DNA of 64,000 nt from an uncultured Chromatiaceae bacterium (lineage in GTDB: Bacteria > Pseudomonadota > Gammaproteobacteria > Tenderiales > Tenderiaceae): contig CAMTXZ010000075.1 of NCBI GenBank assembly GCA_947085765.1, positions 7,810 through 71,809 on the forward strand, written 5' to 3'. The number at the start of each line of letters is the position of its first letter. The first letter of the stretch is position 1. The notes under the pieces were generated by a model that was not told the origin of the DNA, searched no databases, and saw only the letters and a list, made by a program, of their open reading frames with translations. This document shows positions 60,210 to 64,000 of this stretch, piece after piece. The position numbers and the translations under genes were made by a program.

Positions 60210-60218
60210 GAGGTGTAT

Positions 60219-61553
60219 ATGAGTTCAGCAGCTGTTCTGGTGGTAGAAGATGATAGTTCATTGCGCGATGCACTCTGCGACACCTTGGTGATGGCCGGTT
60301 TTAAGGTCAAGGCAGTGGCCAATGGCCAGGCCGCCCTTAAGGTGATGGAGAGCGAAAAGTTTTCCATGGTGGTGAGTGACGTACACATGCAGCCGATGGG
60401 GGGGCATGAGCTGTTGCAGCAGCTAAAGGCAAAATGTCCCAGCCTGCCGGTAGTGCTGATGACCGCCTATGGCAGCATCGAAAAGGCGGTGGCGGCGATG
60501 CGTGATGGTGCCAGTGACTATTTGGTCAAGCCTTTTGAGGCCGAAGTGCTGATCAACATGGTGAGCCGTTATCTGGAGCAGGAAAATACCAGTACCGACC
60601 TTATCGTGCTCGATAAACGCATGATGGAGGTTGTTGCGCTCTCTGAAAGAGTTGCTGTCACTGATGTCACGGTCATGATCAATGGTGAGAGTGGCACTGG
60701 CAAGGAGGTGATCGCGCGCCACATTCACAACAGTTCACCACGTCGGGCAGGGCCATTTATTGCCATTAACTGCGCGGCCATTCCCGAGAACATGCTTGAG
60801 GCGATGTTGTTTGGTTATGAAAAGGGGGCGTTTACTGGCGCCTATCAGGCGTGTGCCGGTAAGTTTGAGCAGGCCCAGGATGGCACCATTTTACTGGATG
60901 AAATTTCTGAGATGGATCTCGCTCTTCAGGCCAAACTGCTACGGGTATTGCAGGAGCGTGAGGTGGAGCGTCTGGGCGGGAAAAAGCCGATCACACTGAA
61001 TGTTCGGGTATTAGCCACCAGCAATCGCAACATGAAGAGTGAAGTGGCCGCCGGCCGCTTCCGTGAGGATCTCTATTATCGTCTCAACGTCTTCCCTTTG
61101 ACGCTGCCGCCATTGCGTTCACGCAGACAGGATGTGGTGGCGTTGGCGGAGCTATTCATCCGTAAATATTCAGAAGGCAAAGCCGCTCCAGAACTCAGCA
61201 GTGAAGCTCAAGCGGCGCTTGAACAGTACAACTGGCCCGGCAATGTGCGCGAGCTGGAGAACGTTATTCAGCGGGCATTGATACTTTGTTCGGGCAATCT
61301 TATTTCTGGGTACGATCTTTGCTTTGAAGAAGAGAGTGGCGAAGTTATGACACCGGATGTCAATGAAGTGATCGAGGCTGGCTTGAGTGGTGATCTCAGG
61401 GCCAAGGAGAGTGATCTGATCTTGAACGCCCTGCATGAGTGTGGCGGCAGTAAAAAGATGACAGCAGAACAACTCGCCATCAGTCCACGCACCCTGCGCT
61501 ATAAGTTGGCGCGGATGCGGGAACAAGGGATTGCCATACCGGGTGATTATTAA
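60219..61553 (+). CDS. flrC: Sigma-54-dependent flagellar response regulator FlrC/FleR
   Basis: REC domain (VLVVEDD...DVHMQPMGG), sigma-54 activator AAA+ core with GAFTGA and a C-terminal HTH. AAGAGG SD 5 nt before ATG 60219. Confidence 0.85.
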   Translation: MSSAAVLVVEDDSSLRDALCDTLVMAGFKVKAVANGQAALKVMESEKFSMVVSDVHMQPMGGHELLQQLKAKCPSLPVVLMTAYGSIEKAVAAMRDGASDYLVKPFEAEVLINMVSRYLEQENTSTDLIVLDKRMMEVVALSERVAVTDVTVMINGESGTGKEVIARHIHNSSPRRAGPFIAINCAAIPENMLEAMLFGYEKGAFTGAYQACAGKFEQAQDGTILLDEISEMDLALQAKLLRVLQEREVERLGGKKPITLNVRVLATSNRNMKSEVAAGRFREDLYYRLNVFPLTLPPLRSRRQDVVALAELFIRKYSEGKAAPELSSEAQAALEQYNWPGNVRELENVIQRALILCSGNLISGYDLCFEEESGEVMTPDVNEVIEAGLSGDLRAKESDLILNALHECGGSKKMTAEQLAISPRTLRYKLARMREQGIAIPGDY

Positions 61554-61583
61554 GTACCACTGATGTTTGTGGAGAGTGCAGCA

Positions 61584-61907
61584 ATGAGTGACATGAATAT
61601 AGATAAAGTGTTGATGCAGATGCGAGTGTTGGCAGCACAGGCCAGCGGCGCACCAGCAGCAGCTGAAACAGCATCAGCAGGCGGCGTTAATTTTTCTGAG
61701 CTGCTGGGCCAGTCCGTCAGCGCCGTCAACAAAACTCAAAAAATATCCGGTGACCTGAAAACCCGTTTTGAGATGGGCGACCAGGGTGTCAGCATGGTTG
61801 ATATCGCCGTTGCTTCCGAGAAGGCCAGGATCTCTTTTACCGCCATGACCGAAGTGCGCAACAAATTGGTCGAGGCTTATAAAGATGTTATGAGCATGCC
61901 GGTCTAA
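61584..61907 (+). CDS. fliE: Flagellar hook-basal body protein FliE
   Basis: About 107 aa. C-terminus VDIAVASEKARISFTAMTEVRNKLVEAYKDVMSMPV is typical of FliE. GGAGAG SD before ATG 61584. Confidence 0.8.
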   Translation: MSDMNIDKVLMQMRVLAAQASGAPAAAETASAGGVNFSELLGQSVSAVNKTQKISGDLKTRFEMGDQGVSMVDIAVASEKARISFTAMTEVRNKLVEAYKDVMSMPV

Positions 61908-61928
61908 TGAGACAGCGCGGGAGTTATT

Positions 61929-63521
61929 ATGGCGTTAGTTAAAGCAGCTGATATCGGCGCGGGTTTCAATACCCTGCCACTTGTCAGACAAGTGGGGCTC
62001 ATGGTCGGTTTTGCCGCTTGTGTGGCACTGGCGGTGGCGATTGTGCTCTGGGCACAGGAACCCAGTTATCGCATGCTCTACGGCAACCTTTCAGATCCAG
62101 AGGTGATGGAGATCTCCTCGGCGTTGAATCAGGCCGGTATCAAATTTCAGGTTAATGACGTTACCGGCGCCATCATGGTTGATGCGCCACAGGTGCATGA
62201 AGCACGAATGAAACTTGCCAACTCTGGACTGCCTAAGGGCAGCGGCACCGGTTATGAGCTATTGGATAAAGAGCAGGGGTTTGGCACCAGTCAGTTTGTT
62301 GAAACCACTCGCTATCAACGTGCTGTTGAAGGTGAACTGGCTAAAACTATCTCCTCGTTAACCAATGTGCAGTCTGCCAGGATTCATCTTGCAATTCCCA
62401 AGCAGTCAGCCTTTGTCCGTGACCGCAAAAAACCCACCGCCTCAGTCATGCTCAATCTTTATCAAGGGCGTGTCATGACGCCAGAACAGGCCTCTTCTAT
62501 TGCTCACTTAGTCGCTTCCAGCATTCCTAATCTTGAGGTGGAAGATGTCACTGTTGTGGATCAGAACGGACGTTTGTTAAATAAAACGGAAGCAGCCGAT
62601 GAGATGGGCCGCTCCAGCACTCAGTTTGAATATAAAAAGAATCTGGAAGAGTATTACATGCGCCGGATTCAGGAGATCATCGAACCGATTATTGGTGTCG
62701 GCAAGGTCAAAGCGCAGGTAGCAGTTGATCTTGATTTTACTGTCAGTGAGCAGACGCAGGAGTCCTTTAACCCCGATCTGCCCTCTATCAGGAGTGAACA
62801 GACCGTTGAAGAAGAGACGATAGGTGCGGGTGGCAACGGTGTCCCCGGTACCTTGAGCAATCAGCCCGCACAGGCAGGCACTACCGTCGCGACCACTGCC
62901 AACGGCACAACCAACCCGGCCAAAAACAGTACCCGTCGCAGCGTCAGAAATTATGAACTTGATAAGACCATCAGCCATACCCGTCAACAGACGGGCACGC
63001 TGAAACGGCTCTCTGCCGCCATTGTTATCGATGAGCGGAGCAGTAAAAATGAAGCCGGTGAGCTGAGTTCAACACCACTCTCGGATGTGGAGATGGGTAA
63101 GATCACGGCACTGGTCAAAGAGGCGATTGGTTTTGATGTCAGTCGTGGTGATAGTGTCAATGTGATCAACGTTCCATTTCTGGCAGCACCCGAACTTGAA
63201 CCTGCTGTAGAGCCGTCACTGCTCAGTCAACCGTGGGTGTGGGGCACGGGCAAACTGCTGCTGGGCATTATCGCTGTGATGTTTATTATTTTTGTTGTAC
63301 TCAAACCCGTATTAAAGATGTTGGCAGCGCGCGGGGAGCATGAAGAGACTCTGGCGTTAGCCGTAAACGAGAGTGATGCATCACCCGCCAACAACGATCA
63401 TATGCCGATGTTGTCCGGTATTACCTACGCACAACAGTTGGAGATGGTTCAGTCGGTGGCTAAACAGGAGCCGCATCGGGTTGCTAATATTGTAAAAGGT
63501 TGGGTAGAAAGCGATGGCTGA
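61929..63521 (+). CDS. fliF: Flagellar M-ring protein FliF
   Basis: 530 aa with an N-terminal TM helix, conserved YcsJ/FliF domains and a C-terminal FliG-binding tail. Confidence 0.9.
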   Translation: MALVKAADIGAGFNTLPLVRQVGLMVGFAACVALAVAIVLWAQEPSYRMLYGNLSDPEVMEISSALNQAGIKFQVNDVTGAIMVDAPQVHEARMKLANSGLPKGSGTGYELLDKEQGFGTSQFVETTRYQRAVEGELAKTISSLTNVQSARIHLAIPKQSAFVRDRKKPTASVMLNLYQGRVMTPEQASSIAHLVASSIPNLEVEDVTVVDQNGRLLNKTEAADEMGRSSTQFEYKKNLEEYYMRRIQEIIEPIIGVGKVKAQVAVDLDFTVSEQTQESFNPDLPSIRSEQTVEEETIGAGGNGVPGTLSNQPAQAGTTVATTANGTTNPAKNSTRRSVRNYELDKTISHTRQQTGTLKRLSAAIVIDERSSKNEAGELSSTPLSDVEMGKITALVKEAIGFDVSRGDSVNVINVPFLAAPELEPAVEPSLLSQPWVWGTGKLLLGIIAVMFIIFVVLKPVLKMLAARGEHEETLALAVNESDASPANNDHMPMLSGITYAQQLEMVQSVAKQEPHRVANIVKGWVESDG

Positions 63522-64000
63522 GGATGGTGAAAGAACTAAATCACTGAGTGGTTCCGAGCGTGCCGCCATCCTCTTGATGAGTCTTGGTGAAGCGGATGCT
63601 GCCGAAGTGCTCAAACGGCTGGGGCCCAAAGAGGTGCAGCGGATCGGTAGTGCCATGGCGCGGATGGCCAATGTGGATAAACAGGTGGTGGCGGATGTTT
63701 TGAACTCATTTGTTGAGCAGATTGATGGTCAGGCATCCATGGGTGGTTCAGAAGATTACATCAAAAAATTGCTGGTGACGGCGCTGGGTGAGGGCAAGGC
63801 GGGACAGGTGATCGATCGCATCCTCTTTGGCCATAACTCCAAAGGGCTGGAGTCGCTTAAGTGGATGGAACCAAAGGCGGTCGCTGAAGTGATTAGGCTT
63901 GAACATCCGCAGATCATCGCCATTGTTCTTTCCTACCTGGATGCGGACCAGTCGGCGCAGGTATTGGCCTTGATGCCAGAGCGCACCCGTTCTGACACCA
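63514..64000 (+). CDS. fliG: Flagellar motor switch protein FliG (partial; runs off the window end)
   Basis: Translation from ATG 63514 gives MAEDGERTKSLSGSERAAILLMSLGEADAAEVLKRLGPKEVQRIGSAM..., a typical FliG N-terminus overlapping the fliF stop. It is not in the ORF track because there is no stop in the window. Confidence 0.85.
   Translation, partial: MAEDGERTKSLSGSERAAILLMSLGEADAAEVLKRLGPKEVQRIGSAMARMANVDKQVVADVLNSFVEQIDGQASMGGSEDYIKKLLVTALGEGKAGQVIDRILFGHNSKGLESLKWMEPKAVAEVIRLEHPQIIAIVLSYLDADQSAQVLALMPERTRSDT

Overview
This window reads as a gammaproteobacterial chromosome segment of about 55 percent GC, possibly a Pseudomonas-, Marinobacter- or Oceanospirillales-like lineage (low confidence). 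It has three parts.

(1) Housekeeping and phosphate block, 1-20.6 kb: a DinG-family helicase (yoaA), tsaB and cpdA. A minus-strand pstC-pstA-pstB-phoU operon follows, with long-form PstC/PstA, a candidate Pho box and no pstS. Next is a minus-strand RND efflux operon (periplasmic adaptor, RND pump, outer-membrane factor) with a TetR gene as its last cistron. The block ends with a dsbC-family gene, a CysI-like sulfite reductase with its DUF934 partner, and a tRNA-Arg(CCT)-like gene.

(2) Polar flagellar regulon, organised as in Pseudomonas and Vibrio: flgZ-flgN-flgM-flgA (minus strand), then cheV-cheR, flgBCDE and flgFGHIJKL. Sigma-54 promoters are readable upstream of flgB, flgF and flrB. A short 273-aa flagellin carries a textbook sigma-28 promoter and is followed by flaG-fliD-fliS-fliT. 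fleQ/flrA, flrB/fleS, flrC/fleR, fliE, fliF and a partial fliG close the window.

(3) The main accessory feature is a roughly 17 kb, 13-gene flagellin glycosylation island inserted between flgL and fliC (35957-52899). It encodes a pseudaminic-acid-type core: PseB, PseC, a NeuB-family synthase lacking the SAF domain, and a PseF-PseG fusion. It also carries tailoring enzymes not part of canonical Pse pathways: an SDR, a Gfo/Idh/MocA oxidoreductase, a zinc-ribbon SAM methyltransferase, a TPP-dependent carboligase-like enzyme and an ATP-grasp ligase. No PseH is present. A GH57-like 654-aa protein and two Maf/DUF115 candidate glycosyltransferases complete it; one Maf is TPR-fused and noticeably AT-richer. 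This points to a nonulosonic-acid flagellin glycan with a non-standard substituent, which is the most plausible new system in the window.

No CRISPR arrays, transposases or integrases were seen.
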